Assembly (NCBI GenBank): GCA_009845995.1 | Contig: VXYK01000046.1 | Span: 95,547 to 159,546, forward strand | Length of the DNA: 64,000 bases | Source of the DNA: Acidimicrobiaceae bacterium | GTDB taxonomy: Bacteria > Actinomycetota > Acidimicrobiia > Acidimicrobiales > Aldehydirespiratoraceae | Direction: 5' to 3' | Part shown: positions 18,400-30,687 of the stretch, piece after piece | How the letters are laid out: each line of letters opens with the position of its first letter | Numbering within the stretch: the first letter of the stretch is position 1 | Notes under the pieces: model-generated | The model's database searches: none | The model's input: the letters and a program-made list of their open reading frames with translations, nothing else | Told to the model about the DNA's origin: nothing | Position numbers and translations under genes: made by a program

Positions 18400-19229
18400 G
18401 AGCGCTTCAATCGCTGAACGTAGGCACCGTAGGCCAACCCCAATGACACCACCGCGATCAGCAAGCTGTAGCCGACTGCTGCAGACAAGTCACCCCAGCT
18501 CCAGCCGGAGATCACCAGTTGTCTTGTCGGGTTCACCACCAAGCTGAATGGATTGTTCTCGGCCGCCGTCTGATACCAACCCTTCATCAACTCAGTCGGG
18601 AAGAACGCGGAAGACACGAACACCAGCATGAAGAACAGCGGGAACATCGCCTGGGTCGCCTCGCTGCTACCAGTTCTCAGGGCCACGGCCAAACCAAACC
18701 CCGATATGCCCACCGACAACACCACGCTGATCAAGATCAGAGCCAAGGCTCCTGCCGGGCCGCTCTCTATAGGCGCGCCCAACAGGAAGAAGATCGCCAT
18801 GTGCGCGCCCGCCTGAAAGCCCGCAGCTGCGGCTGAGCCCCCGACGCGGCCCACAAAGATCGACTGTCGCGCCACGGGAGAAACGACCAGACGATCAAAA
18901 AAACCGGTCTCAATGTCGGCAGCCATGTCGGTGCCGGCATTGGAAGCGCTGAAAGCAATCCCCTGGAGAATCGTTGCGGGCAGTATGAACTGGAGGAATG
19001 AGTCGACTTCCGGGAAACCGGGCAAGCCGGTTGTTCTGGCGAACTGCGACGAATAGACCGCCGCCATCGCCAAAGGAAAGATCAAGCCCGGCGCCCAACG
19101 GTCGGTTTTCCGCACCGTGGCGAACACCGATCGCACCGTCAGAACCCACGCCTGCTCCAAGCCGACCAGCAAGCGGGGACGGTTCCGCGAGACGCTTTGT
19201 GCACGCTGGGCACTCTGGACAGCGGTCAA
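18396..19229 (-). CDS. ABC-2 type transporter permease
   Basis: Multi-TM protein with a 4-nt overlap with the ATPase gene. Confidence 0.75.
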   Translation of the reverse strand: MTAVQSAQRAQSVSRNRPRLLVGLEQAWVLTVRSVFATVRKTDRWAPGLIFPLAMAAVYSSQFARTTGLPGFPEVDSFLQFILPATILQGIAFSASNAGTDMAADIETGFFDRLVVSPVARQSIFVGRVGGSAAAAGFQAGAHMAIFFLLGAPIESGPAGALALILISVVLSVGISGFGLAVALRTGSSEATQAMFPLFFMLVFVSSAFFPTELMKGWYQTAAENNPFSLVVNPTRQLVISGWSWGDLSAAVGYSLLIAVVSLGLAYGAYVQRLKRS

Positions 19230-20167
19230 GTCTCGGCACCTTCCAACCGCCTGCCTGTCGCATCGGCGAAGACATCGTCGAGGCTCGGTGAATCCAACTC
19301 GAAGTGGGCCACCGGAACACCCTGTTCATCCAGGGCCCTGACCACTTCGGTCAGTCTCGGGGCCCCGCCCCTCAATCCGATCGCCACCCGACCATCACGC
19401 GCCGGTCGCTCGTCACCGAACGCACCAAGAACTCGTCGGGCCAACTCGATGGTTGCGTTATCGGCCACTTCCACCCGCAACGTGGGATCTCCGACTCGGC
19501 CCTTGAGCACTGTCGGGTCACCCTCTCTGACGATCACGCCGCCGTCGATGATGGCGATCCGTCCCGCCAGCTCATCGGCTTCCTCCAGATACTGAGTGGT
19601 CAAGAAAACGGTCGTACCATCGTCGTTGAGCGCACGAACTTCTTCCCACACCGCGACCCGGCTGGTGGGGTCGAGACCCGTGGTCGGTTCATCGAGAAAC
19701 AACACTGCGGGGCGATGGATCAGTGCCAAAGCCAAATCAAGACGCCTCCGCATACCGCCGGAGTAGGTGCCGACGCGCCGGTTCGCTGCTCCGGTCAACC
19801 CGACCCGCTCAAGGAGTTCGGCGCTTCGGTTGGCAGCTCGGCGGTGCCCGAGACCGTGCAGCACCGCTTGCAGCCGCAACAGCTCATTGCCGGTCATCAG
19901 CGGGTCGATAGCCGCGTCCTGCAGCGCCACACCAATCAGACGGCGCACCGAGTCGGCATCTTTGACAACATCGAATCCGGCCACGCGAGCGTTGCCGGCG
20001 GTCGGCCGCAACAGTGTCACCAGCATTCGCACCGTGGTGGACTTGCCCGCGCCGTTCGGACCGAGAAAACCGAAGATCTCACCCTCGTCGACCTGCAAGT
20101 CGATACCGGCCACCGCGGTGACGTCACCGAAGGTCCGAACCAGGCCCTCGGCTTCCACAGGTTTCAT
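19226..20167 (-). CDS. ABC transporter ATP-binding protein (DrrA-like exporter)
   Basis: Walker A GPNGAGKST, signature YSGGMRRRL, Walker B LFLDEPTTGLD. Confidence 0.9.
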   Translation of the reverse strand: MKPVEAEGLVRTFGDVTAVAGIDLQVDEGEIFGFLGPNGAGKSTTVRMLVTLLRPTAGNARVAGFDVVKDADSVRRLIGVALQDAAIDPLMTGNELLRLQAVLHGLGHRRAANRSAELLERVGLTGAANRRVGTYSGGMRRRLDLALALIHRPAVLFLDEPTTGLDPTSRVAVWEEVRALNDDGTTVFLTTQYLEEADELAGRIAIIDGGVIVREGDPTVLKGRVGDPTLRVEVADNATIELARRVLGAFGDERPARDGRVAIGLRGGAPRLTEVVRALDEQGVPVAHFELDSPSLDDVFADATGRRLEGAET

Positions 20168-20201
20168 GGCGACGCCTGATCCGGTTTGCCACCCGGCAAG
20201 C

Positions 20202-22487
20202 TCACGAACCGGCCTCAGAGATCGCCGACCAGACCTTTCGCGGAGACAAGGGAATGTCGATGTGTCTCACACCGAGGTGACTCAACGCATCGATCACTGC
20301 GCTCTGCACAGCCGGGGTCGACCCGATCGCTCCAGACTCGCCGATGCCTTTCGCCCCCAAGGGATTGTTGGGGGTGGGCGTCTCCATCGGAACTAGCTCA
20401 AACGATGGCAGTTCAGCAGCGGAGATGATCGAGTAGTCCGCGAAGTTGCTGGTCACAGGGTTGCCGTCCTCGTCGAAGCAGATCTCTTCAAGGAGTGCTT
20501 GGGCGACCCCTTGTGCAATTCCCCCGTGTCGCTGGCCTTCCACTATCAGCGGGTTGATCAATGTGCCCGCATCGTCGACCGTCACCATGCGCCTGAGTTC
20601 AACGCCCCCGGTCTCGGTGTCAACCTCCACAACCGCTACGTGGGTGCCGAACGGGTACGTGCATTTGGCATTGAAGTCGGTGTCGGCGACAAGTTGCTCG
20701 TCAGTTGCCGCGGCGGCTACTTCTGCCCATGTTCTGGTCACTGCCGGAGTGCCCGAAACATGGAACACGCCCGAGTCGGTGTCGAGAACGACATCTTCAA
20801 CAGCAGCCTCCAACAGCTCAGCCGCGATCTCTTTGGCAGCATCCGCAACAGTTTCCGCCGCGTTCAGCACCGCCGAACCTCCGAGCTGGGTCGAGCGGCT
20901 CGCCACGGTACCTTCACCCCGGTCGACCTTGTCGGTGTCTCCCTGAATCACCTCGATGTCGGAAATGTCGAGTCCCAGTTTCTCCGCGGCGATCATGGCG
21001 AAGGTGGTGGCATGGCCCTGTCCATGCGACAGAGCGCCCGAGTAGACGCGTGCCTTGCCCTCCGGCGTGATCTCGACCTTGCCGTATTCGTTTCCCCCCG
21101 TGGCGGGACCAGCGGTGATCTCGACATAATTGGCGATTCCGATACCGATCTGGACGGGATCGGCTGAGGCTCGGCGAGCTGCCTGCTCTGACCGCAGCGC
21201 GGCATAGCCCGCTGCTTCCAAGGCTCTGTCGAGCGCCGCTTCGTAGTCACCGGAGTCGTATTCACTGCCTGCCGCAGTGGTCACGGGAAACGCGTCCGCG
21301 GCGATGAGGTTCTTGCGCCGGAGTTCAATCGGGTCGATCCCGGTCTTTGCCGCGAAAAGGTCGAACATTCGCTCGATCGTCAGCGTCGCCTCAGGGCGGC
21401 CCGCGCCCCTGAAAGCTTCGGTAGGCACAGCGTTGGTGATTATCGACCGTGCCTGAGTCTCGATGTTCGCGATGTCGTAGGTCCCCGGGGCCATCGGCAG
21501 CGTGAAGAAGGGCAGAAATGCACCGACACGGGTATACGCACCCGCGTCCATCAGTACATCGAGTCGGTAATGGGTGACATCACCTTGTCGGGTTCCGCCA
21601 ATAGCAGCGTGATGAACCTGGCCTCTTCCCGGCCCGGCTGCGATCAGGTTCTCTGTGCGTGTTTCGAACCATCGAACCGGGCGGCCCGCTAGCCGTGAGA
21701 GATGTGGGATGAGTACATCTTCAGGAGTCGGAGCCACTTTGGCCCCGAATCCGCCGCCAACATCGGGAGTGATTACATGGACGTCTTCGGGGGCCAGTCC
21801 ATACATCTGAACCAGCGTCTCTTTGACGCGGTGCGATCCCTGACTCGACATGAACATCGACAACCGATCATCGGTCCAGGAAGCCGCAGCCGAGCGGACC
21901 TCGAGGGGAGCAGCGGACATTCGGGGGTGAACAACCCGTTGTCTGACAACTACTTCACAATCGGCGAAGAACGAGTCGTCACCTATCCCGGTGGCCATCC
22001 CCAGATCAGAGAACGTGAGAGCCGTGTTGGTTCCGTGGCCTTCGTGTACGACGACCGTGTCTGCGGCCGCGGCTTCAAGATCAGTGACCGCGTCGAGCGG
22101 ATCGATATCGACGAACACCAGGTCGGCCGCGTCCTGGCCTTGCGAGCGAGTCTCCGAGAGGATCACGGCCACTGGTTCACCGACGAAACGCACACGATCA
22201 CGAGCCAACACTGGGCGATTCAACAGATCCGGAGGGAACATCGGCACGCTTCCAGGCAGAATCAAGTCAAGTTCCGCACCGGTGAGTACCAACACAACGC
22301 CGGGCATGGCGCGAGCATCGTCGGCGTCAATGTCGATGATCGTGCCGTTGGCCACGAACGACCTGACAAATGTCGCGTGCAGCGCGCCATCAAGTCGCGG
22401 GTCGTCCAGATCAGCGGTGTAGGTCGCTCCGACGGTGAGAAACAGCGGATCTTCTTTGCGCAGAACCCTCGTCCCGATAATCGTCAT
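20202..22487 (-). CDS. Xanthine dehydrogenase family molybdopterin-binding large subunit (form-II CoxL-like)
   Basis: 761 aa. N-terminus ...GTRVLRKEDPLFLTV..., active-site loop AFRGAGRPEA (AYRGAGR-type), and ...GAKGIGESGAIGSTPAV near the C-terminus. Confidence 0.85.
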   Translation of the reverse strand: MTIIGTRVLRKEDPLFLTVGATYTADLDDPRLDGALHATFVRSFVANGTIIDIDADDARAMPGVVLVLTGAELDLILPGSVPMFPPDLLNRPVLARDRVRFVGEPVAVILSETRSQGQDAADLVFVDIDPLDAVTDLEAAAADTVVVHEGHGTNTALTFSDLGMATGIGDDSFFADCEVVVRQRVVHPRMSAAPLEVRSAAASWTDDRLSMFMSSQGSHRVKETLVQMYGLAPEDVHVITPDVGGGFGAKVAPTPEDVLIPHLSRLAGRPVRWFETRTENLIAAGPGRGQVHHAAIGGTRQGDVTHYRLDVLMDAGAYTRVGAFLPFFTLPMAPGTYDIANIETQARSIITNAVPTEAFRGAGRPEATLTIERMFDLFAAKTGIDPIELRRKNLIAADAFPVTTAAGSEYDSGDYEAALDRALEAAGYAALRSEQAARRASADPVQIGIGIANYVEITAGPATGGNEYGKVEITPEGKARVYSGALSHGQGHATTFAMIAAEKLGLDISDIEVIQGDTDKVDRGEGTVASRSTQLGGSAVLNAAETVADAAKEIAAELLEAAVEDVVLDTDSGVFHVSGTPAVTRTWAEVAAAATDEQLVADTDFNAKCTYPFGTHVAVVEVDTETGGVELRRMVTVDDAGTLINPLIVEGQRHGGIAQGVAQALLEEICFDEDGNPVTSNFADYSIISAAELPSFELVPMETPTPNNPLGAKGIGESGAIGSTPAVQSAVIDALSHLGVRHIDIPLSPRKVWSAISEAGS

Positions 22488-22543
22488 CTAGCGCGCCCCT
22501 CGTTGGTTGTTCGAACCAGATGAGAGGCTAACGGGACGCGAGG

Positions 22544-24168
<1,625 letters not shown>

Positions 24169-24251
24169 CTAGTCGTTGCTCCGCGAATACACGAAGCGGC
24201 TTCAATAATACTCGATAAGCACGTGAAATAGAAAGAATAGAAAGGGTTGCG

Positions 24252-25619
24252 CTATCTCTCAGTCGAGCGGATCTGTTCCATGAAGCGGATCGATGCGCCA
24301 CGCAACGCGGTTTCGGGGTCGATATCGAGCTTGCGGGCCAACGCCACCGTCTCGAACAGAATCTCTCCGACGCTCTCAACGCTCGGGTTGGCACCCGCGG
24401 TCCCCAGAGCGTCACCAATGCCGTCGACACCGGCTCGACCCCCGCGGTCAACGCCCAAACCAACACCCTCGGACCGTTCTTGGACTTTGGCAGCCAGCAT
24501 CAGCGCCGGAAGCGTCATGGGAACACCGTCCATCGCCGAGGCACGGCCCTTTTCGTCGCGTTTGATCTCTTCCCATCTGCGCGCCATGTCGTCAGCGTCT
24601 TCGGGCCCGCGCACACCATCGACCGCGCCATCGCCGAACACGTGCGGATGACGCGCCACCAACTTGTCGTACACGCTGCGGGCAACATCGGCGACCGTGA
24701 ACGACCCGCGTTCCGCACCGAGCCGAGCGTGGAAGAAGATCTGGTAGAGCAGATCCCCCAGTTCCTCGACGAGATGCGCATCGAGTTCGGCTTCTACCTC
24801 TCTGTCATCCAGTTCAGATCTGGCGTCAAGGGCTTCGAGAGCTTCATAGGTTTCTTCGAGCAGGTGTTTGCGCAACGATCCATGGGTCTGGACTCGATCC
24901 CACGGGCAACGCTCTCGCAGTTCACGCACCAGTTCTTCGAACCGAACGAATTCGGCCGCAACCGGCGTGTCAAGCTCCGGGATCCACAACGAAGTCAGAT
25001 GATCGGGCTCAACTTGCCTGTCCAGGTCATCCCACGCGACCTCGAAAACGGATTCGTCCGGCAAACCCAGGCGCTGCAGGACCACCACCGATTCAGGCCC
25101 GTCCTCCACCGCGAGCTTGATGTCGGACAGCACCCGGCGGGAATGACAGTGAGCGACCAGAAGCGGTCCCGTTTGACCCGCCGCGGCGAATGCGAAGTCT
25201 TGGCCGTCAACAAGGCGCGTTCCGTCGGTCACCGGGTCGATCCCGAGCCGGGCCCAAGCAACATCCAAGAACGACATCGCAGCCAAGATCTCGACGGTGA
25301 CCCGACCTGACTGCGCCGCGTCCCGCAACAACTCCACGGTGCGTTCAAGCACCAACGGAGAACCCGGCACGGCGTAGAGCAGATCGCCTTCGGCAGATTC
25401 GAGAATCAAGCGCTCGCTGATCGCTTCATAAACAGCCTCGAAAGACTCGCCCTTTTCGTATTCGTCGTCGAAAGCGACCGCGTCAGACAGCACCCGCGCG
25501 GCAGGGTGCATGCGGGTACGCAAAAAGCACCGCGGAGCAGCTGCGATAGCAGCGCGTGTCTGGGCCGTGAGGAGCTCCTCGTCTGCCGGGCCGAGACCAA
25601 CGACAGTGATAGTTCCCAT
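24252..25619 (-). CDS. mazG: Tetrapyrrole-methylase-like domain fused to MazG nucleoside triphosphate pyrophosphohydrolase (YabN architecture)
   Basis: N-terminus ITVVGLGPADEELLT... (methylase-like fold). C-terminus carries MazG repeats (LLEETYEALEALD..., EELGDLLYQIFFHARL..., GEILFETVALARKLDIDPE). Confidence 0.8.
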   Translation of the reverse strand: MGTITVVGLGPADEELLTAQTRAAIAAAPRCFLRTRMHPAARVLSDAVAFDDEYEKGESFEAVYEAISERLILESAEGDLLYAVPGSPLVLERTVELLRDAAQSGRVTVEILAAMSFLDVAWARLGIDPVTDGTRLVDGQDFAFAAAGQTGPLLVAHCHSRRVLSDIKLAVEDGPESVVVLQRLGLPDESVFEVAWDDLDRQVEPDHLTSLWIPELDTPVAAEFVRFEELVRELRERCPWDRVQTHGSLRKHLLEETYEALEALDARSELDDREVEAELDAHLVEELGDLLYQIFFHARLGAERGSFTVADVARSVYDKLVARHPHVFGDGAVDGVRGPEDADDMARRWEEIKRDEKGRASAMDGVPMTLPALMLAAKVQERSEGVGLGVDRGGRAGVDGIGDALGTAGANPSVESVGEILFETVALARKLDIDPETALRGASIRFMEQIRSTER

Positions 25620-25627
25620 GACCGAAC

Positions 25628-26548
25628 TCAGCTTTGTGAGGTATCAGCCCGGGTAATCGCGTCGGTCCCCGGCGACCCGGACACGACCACTCCAGCGGTC
25701 GGGTCGAACACCCCGAACCGGGGGTCCACGTTGATTTCACGGTTGAACAACTCGGCCTGCAGTTGCTGAAGTTCGGCTCCGTAGCCGTCGAGCACGAACG
25801 AGGTTATTTCTTCGGAGGTCAACTCCTGGTGTTGGCCGCGCACCAATGGACCGAAGCTACGAACCTGAATCACATGCCAACCAAACTGGCTCTGAACGGG
25901 ATCAGAGATTCCGGGGCCGCCAACCGCGGCGGCACCTTCGACGAATTCCGACACAAAAGTAGCCGGCATGACACAACCAAGATCGCCACCCCTCGGGCCG
26001 CTGGGGCCAATTGAGATTTCCGCAGCCAAGGCGGCGAACTCCTCCCCCGCGTCGAGGCGAGAGACCGCTGCGACCGCTTCGGCTTCTGTCTCAACCAACA
26101 GGTGACTCGAACACAACGCTGTCACGCCTGCGATGGCGATCACATGGTCCGCTATCAGGTGCGGAACGGCCCGGTAACGCTGCTGTATCCGCCCGTATCG
26201 GGTATCGACCTCAGGAACAGTCGGATCTACCGCCCGGGCTGCTTCTTGTTCAACCTGAGCCGGATCAAGGTGCAAACCGCTCAACTCGGTTCCGCCTTGT
26301 TCGGCAAGGTCGATCCAACTCTCAAAGAAGATCCACTCACCGACATGGCGTGAAGCCAGTTCCGAGGGGACAACCGAAGTGTCTTCGACACCGTTGCCTT
26401 CAAGGATCGCTTCAAAATCTTCTTCGCTGAGAGTCGCCGCGCCAGTCGTGGCAACCGCTGTCTCACCGGCTGACCCACACGCCGACGCGGCCAAGCTGAA
26501 CGCAACGAGCAGAGCACCAGCAAAGAGACGGGGATGGTTCGCGTTCAC
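25628..26548 (-). CDS. Parvulin-type peptidyl-prolyl isomerase lipoprotein (SurA/PrsA-like)
   Basis: Lipobox LAASAC. PPIC motif ...GGDLGCVMPATFVSEFVEGA...DPVQSQFGWHVIQV. Confidence 0.75.
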   Translation of the reverse strand: MNANHPRLFAGALLVAFSLAASACGSAGETAVATTGAATLSEEDFEAILEGNGVEDTSVVPSELASRHVGEWIFFESWIDLAEQGGTELSGLHLDPAQVEQEAARAVDPTVPEVDTRYGRIQQRYRAVPHLIADHVIAIAGVTALCSSHLLVETEAEAVAAVSRLDAGEEFAALAAEISIGPSGPRGGDLGCVMPATFVSEFVEGAAAVGGPGISDPVQSQFGWHVIQVRSFGPLVRGQHQELTSEEITSFVLDGYGAELQQLQAELFNREINVDPRFGVFDPTAGVVVSGSPGTDAITRADTSQS

Positions 26549-26560
26549 AAGTCGTGCAGG

Positions 26561-29500
26561 CTACTCGGTGGAAACCAATGGACTCGCGTCAGCCAACAAG
26601 TCGACCATGATCTCTGCGATCTGTTCGACAACCGGACCACGTTCGGCGTGCAGCGGAAGCCGCAATTCAGCGCTGGCTTCCTTGTAGATCGCGGTGTTGC
26701 CGACACCCTTTGAGGAATAGAGACGCTGCAGACGCACCTGCTTGCTGTCGGGCAACTCCACAGGCGACAGACGCGCTACATGGTCGGGGCCACCGAAGCC
26801 CGGGCCCTCGGCAACAATGATCTCCCGCACGCCCGTGCGCACACATTCGACCCTCAACTGGCCCACCTGCAACAGTGCCTCGGCCGCGGCAGGTATCGGG
26901 CCGAACCGATCCAACCACTCGGCACGCACATCATCGAGCATCTCCTGGGTCTCCACAGATACCAACCGCCGGTAAGCCTCAAGTCGGCTTGTCTGGCTCA
27001 GCACGTAGTCATCGGGGAGGTGAGCGTCGCCAGGAACATCAATCGTGATCCTCAACGGCTCAGCGGGTTTCTCACCTCGCAGTTTCGCCACCGCTTCGGT
27101 GACCATCTGGCAATACAGGTCATAGCCGACTGCCGCGATATGGCCGGACTGACCGGTGCCCAGAAGGTTGCCTGCGCCGCGCAGTTCGAGATCCCGCATG
27201 GCGATTCGAAACCCCGATCCAAGCTCGGTGGCCTCGCCGATGGTCCTGAGTCGTTCGTAAGCCTCTTCGCTCAGCACCCGATCCTTGGGGTGGAACAGGT
27301 ACGCATATGCCCGTTGGCCGGCCCGGCCGACCCGACCCCGAAGCTGGTGAAGCTGCCCGAGACCCAGCAGTTCGGCTTGATCCACCACCAAAGTGTTGAC
27401 CGTCGGCATATCGATGCCCGATTCGATGATGGTGGTACACACCAGAACGTCGTATTCGCCTTCCCAAAAGTCGATCACGACCCGTTCAAGCGTGCCTTCG
27501 TCCATCTGGCCGTGCGCCACTGCAATTCGCGCTTCGGGCACCAGGAGTCGCAGCGAATGCGCTACATGCTCGATGTCCCGCACTCGGTTGTGGACGAAGA
27601 ACAACTGCCCCTCCCGCAACAATTCACGCCGGATCGCCTCTGCCACAGCGCGTTCGGAGTACTCGCCCACGTAGGTCAAGATCGGTTGACGGTCAGCGGG
27701 CGCGGTGTTCAGCACAGACATGTCGCGGATCCCCGCGAGGCCCATCTCCATGGTTCTCGGGATCGGTGTAGCGGTCAGTGTCAACACATCGACCGCAGAA
27801 CGCAGAGACTTGATTCTCTCCTTGTGCTGCACACCGAAGCGCTGTTCCTCGTCTATCACCAGCAAACCCAGATTCTTGAACTCAACGTCGGCCGAGAGCA
27901 GGCGGTGAGTGCCGATCACCACATCGACTTCTCCGCTCTGTATCCCGTCGACGACTTTCTTGGCTTGGGCGTTGCTCAGAAACCGGCTCAGGACCTCGAC
28001 TCTCATCGGATACGGTGCGAGCCTCTCCCGAAACGTGGCGTGGTGTTGTTGAGCCAGCAGCGTGGTGGGTACCAGCACAGCCGCTTGGGATCCGTCGAGG
28101 ACCGCTTTGAACACAGCCCGCAAAGCCACCTCGGTCTTGCCGAACCCGACGTCTCCGATCACCAGTCGATCCATCGGTGTCGGGCGTTCCATGTCTTCTT
28201 TGACGTCGATGATGGCCTGAAGCTGGTCCGGCGTCTCCTGATATCTGAACGCGCTCTCGAACTCACGCTGCCAAGGCGTGTCGGGTGCAAACCCGTGGCC
28301 GGGGGTGGTCACCCGGGTTTGGTACAGGACCACGAGCTCCTGGGCGATCTCTGAGACCGCCGAACGAACCTTGGCCTTGCTCGCGCGCCAGTCCGCGCCC
28401 CCCATCCTCGACAATTTCGGAGTTTCGCCACCGCTGTAGATTCGGATCGCGTCGATCTGGTCCGACGGCACGTACAGCCGGTCTGTGCCGCGGTACTCGA
28501 GCAGCAGATAGTCCCGGTCGCTGCCGTTTATTGATCGGGTAACCATCCCACCGAAGCGGGCAACACCGTGATGGGCGTGCACCACATATGACCCCTCGCG
28601 AAGATCGTCGAAGAACTTCTGGGCATCTCTACGGCGGGTCCGTGCCTGGCGATGGGTTCGACGACGTCCCGTGAGGTCGCTCTCGGAGAGCACCGCCAGC
28701 TTGATTCGGTGCAGCACCGCTCCCCGTTCGAGCGGAACAGCAACCAGATGCGCACCCCGAACCGAAAGATCTGTGTCCGCTCCCACAGGATCGACCTCCA
28801 CACCGTGCTCGGACAGCAGAGCTGCCAAGCGATCAGCGCTCGCAGGACTATCAGCGGCGACCACAACGCAATAGCCGTCGCTGAGCAACTGACGGACTCG
28901 CGAGACTGCAGGTTCGACATCACCGACAACAGGCGCCCAAGCTGACGCCTCCACGGTCGCAATATCCGGGCGGTCCGCCACACCCAGCATTGTCAGTATC
29001 GGGACGTTAGTGCGAGCCAACAGACGGCCATAGGGCACATGCAGCCTGTGCAGGTCATCGGCATCGACATCCCAGGTCTTGGACAACGAAACCGCCAGAT
29101 CCGCCTCTTCAGCCTCGATGTCGGCCGCCCTGTCCCGAATACGGCGCGGTTCGACCAAGATCACCCAGGAGTCCTCTGAAAGAAGATCCGGCAGGACCAC
29201 ATCGTCGCTCACCAGCCACGGCAGCCACGACTCCATCCCGTCGAACAGTTCCCCGTCAACGACTCGATCCCACTGCTCGCGACCCCAGGGCTCCTCCGCA
29301 AGCAGCTGCCTGGCTCGTTGCTGCGCGTCCTCGTTGGGTCGAAGCTCGCGGCACGGATACATCTCGATTTCGGAGACGGGGATCGTGGCGCGCTGGTCCG
29401 CAATGGAGAACTCGGTGATTCGCTCAACCTCATCGCCCCACAGGTCGATCCTCACGGGACGGTCCGCGGTGCTTGGGAAAACATCGACGATCGAGCCTCT

Positions 29501-30034
29501 CACCGCGAATTCTCCGCGGTGTTCAACTTGAGGTTCACGCCGATAGCCGAACTCGACTAGCTGCTGTACCAGGTCAACCGAATCGACCACATCTCCAACA
29601 CCGCAGATGATCGGGTCCGTTGCGGCTTGCGGGTCGAGTCGCTGCACCAGCGCGCGCACAGAAGCCACGATCACCGAGGGTGTCGTCGCCGGGTCGCTCA
29701 AGCGAGACAGCAGGCGCAATCGCTGACCCATCGTTTCGATGGCGGGACTCACACGTTCGAACGGCAGCGTTCCCCACGCAGCAAAGAGCGCCACTTCATC
29801 CTCACCCAGAACCGCAGCCGCGTCATTGGCCAGTCTCACCGCTTCGCTGTGGGTGGCCGTGGCGACCAGGATCGGGCGACGCTCGGCCGCTTCGGTCAAC
29901 CCCGCCACGGTGAGAGCCCTGGCTGCCTCAGTGACGACGAGCACGGCGTCCCGTCCCGCGATTGCCGAGTCGAAGGAGGGCTCAGAAGCGAGCAGAGATC
30001 TCAGTGGACGAAGGTTCCCGACCGCGTTCAGCAT
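26561..30034 (-). CDS. mfd: Transcription-repair coupling factor
   Basis: 1157 aa. CarD-like segment, helicase motifs [11 protein letters not shown] and DEEQRFGV, ...LRGRVGR..., and a C-terminal TRCF domain. Confidence 0.95.
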   Translation of the reverse strand: MLNAVGNLRPLRSLLASEPSFDSAIAGRDAVLVVTEAARALTVAGLTEAAERRPILVATATHSEAVRLANDAAAVLGEDEVALFAAWGTLPFERVSPAIETMGQRLRLLSRLSDPATTPSVIVASVRALVQRLDPQAATDPIICGVGDVVDSVDLVQQLVEFGYRREPQVEHRGEFAVRGSIVDVFPSTADRPVRIDLWGDEVERITEFSIADQRATIPVSEIEMYPCRELRPNEDAQQRARQLLAEEPWGREQWDRVVDGELFDGMESWLPWLVSDDVVLPDLLSEDSWVILVEPRRIRDRAADIEAEEADLAVSLSKTWDVDADDLHRLHVPYGRLLARTNVPILTMLGVADRPDIATVEASAWAPVVGDVEPAVSRVRQLLSDGYCVVVAADSPASADRLAALLSEHGVEVDPVGADTDLSVRGAHLVAVPLERGAVLHRIKLAVLSESDLTGRRRTHRQARTRRRDAQKFFDDLREGSYVVHAHHGVARFGGMVTRSINGSDRDYLLLEYRGTDRLYVPSDQIDAIRIYSGGETPKLSRMGGADWRASKAKVRSAVSEIAQELVVLYQTRVTTPGHGFAPDTPWQREFESAFRYQETPDQLQAIIDVKEDMERPTPMDRLVIGDVGFGKTEVALRAVFKAVLDGSQAAVLVPTTLLAQQHHATFRERLAPYPMRVEVLSRFLSNAQAKKVVDGIQSGEVDVVIGTHRLLSADVEFKNLGLLVIDEEQRFGVQHKERIKSLRSAVDVLTLTATPIPRTMEMGLAGIRDMSVLNTAPADRQPILTYVGEYSERAVAEAIRRELLREGQLFFVHNRVRDIEHVAHSLRLLVPEARIAVAHGQMDEGTLERVVIDFWEGEYDVLVCTTIIESGIDMPTVNTLVVDQAELLGLGQLHQLRGRVGRAGQRAYAYLFHPKDRVLSEEAYERLRTIGEATELGSGFRIAMRDLELRGAGNLLGTGQSGHIAAVGYDLYCQMVTEAVAKLRGEKPAEPLRITIDVPGDAHLPDDYVLSQTSRLEAYRRLVSVETQEMLDDVRAEWLDRFGPIPAAAEALLQVGQLRVECVRTGVREIIVAEGPGFGGPDHVARLSPVELPDSKQVRLQRLYSSKGVGNTAIYKEASAELRLPLHAERGPVVEQIAEIMVDLLADASPLVSTE

Positions 30035-30042
30035 GCGGACAA

Positions 30043-30672
30043 TCAGCTCCGGTTGAAGAGGTTCATCGCGGTGTCGAGGTCGTTGTTGAGCAGGAACTCC
30101 ACGGCGTCCGCGGCGCGACCCACAACTCGCTCAAGTTCTGGGCGTTCGCTGCGTTTGGGGCGTTTCAACACGTAGTCGCGGCCCTTCATGGTGCCCGGCA
30201 CCGGTTTGCCGACACCGATCCGAACACGGGTGAACTCAACGGAGTGCAGGTGGGAGCGAATCGACTTCAAGCCGTTGTGACCGGCCAGACCACCGCCAAT
30301 CTTGACCTTCATCCGCCCTACCGGGAGGTCGATCTCATCGTGGACGACTACCAGATTGCTCAGGTCGTCAATTCCGTATCGTCTCACCAGCGGCGCGACG
30401 GCCGAACCCGAGTTGTTCATGAAGGTCTTCGGGATCCCTACCGCCAGGCGCTTGTCGCCGACTCGCAGTTCCGCCGCTTCTGCTCGGTCTCTACGCCCGG
30501 CGCTGAGCCGACCGCCGTGGCGCTCGACAAGTTCGTTGATTACCCAGACACCCGCGTTGTGCCGTGTCTGTGCGTACTCGTCTGTTGGATTGCCGAGTCC
30601 GACAACGAGCAGATCGGCCGGCGTGCCGCGGCGCTTTATTGAACGCTTCGATGAGGAGAGGCGAACCATCAC
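30043..30672 (-). CDS. pth: Peptidyl-tRNA hydrolase
   Basis: LLVVGLGNPTDEYAQTRHNAGVWV... and ...GHNGLKSI. Start somewhat uncertain (N-terminal basic extension). Confidence 0.9.
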   Translation of the reverse strand: MMVRLSSSKRSIKRRGTPADLLVVGLGNPTDEYAQTRHNAGVWVINELVERHGGRLSAGRRDRAEAAELRVGDKRLAVGIPKTFMNNSGSAVAPLVRRYGIDDLSNLVVVHDEIDLPVGRMKVKIGGGLAGHNGLKSIRSHLHSVEFTRVRIGVGKPVPGTMKGRDYVLKRPKRSERPELERVVGRAADAVEFLLNNDLDTAMNLFNRS

Positions 30673-30687
30673 TCGGCCGCCGCGGTG

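Noticed and set aside
26780-28354. 524-aa plus-strand ORF
   Set aside because: It lies entirely antisense to mfd and its composition is Arg/Gly/His-rich and low in complexity. This is a shadow ORF. The same reasoning applies to 4854..6149(-), 20499..21167(+), 21702..22523(+), 23050..24231(+), 24480..25310(+), 37910..38971(+), 44862..45914(+), 59067..59999(-) and 61926..62594(-).
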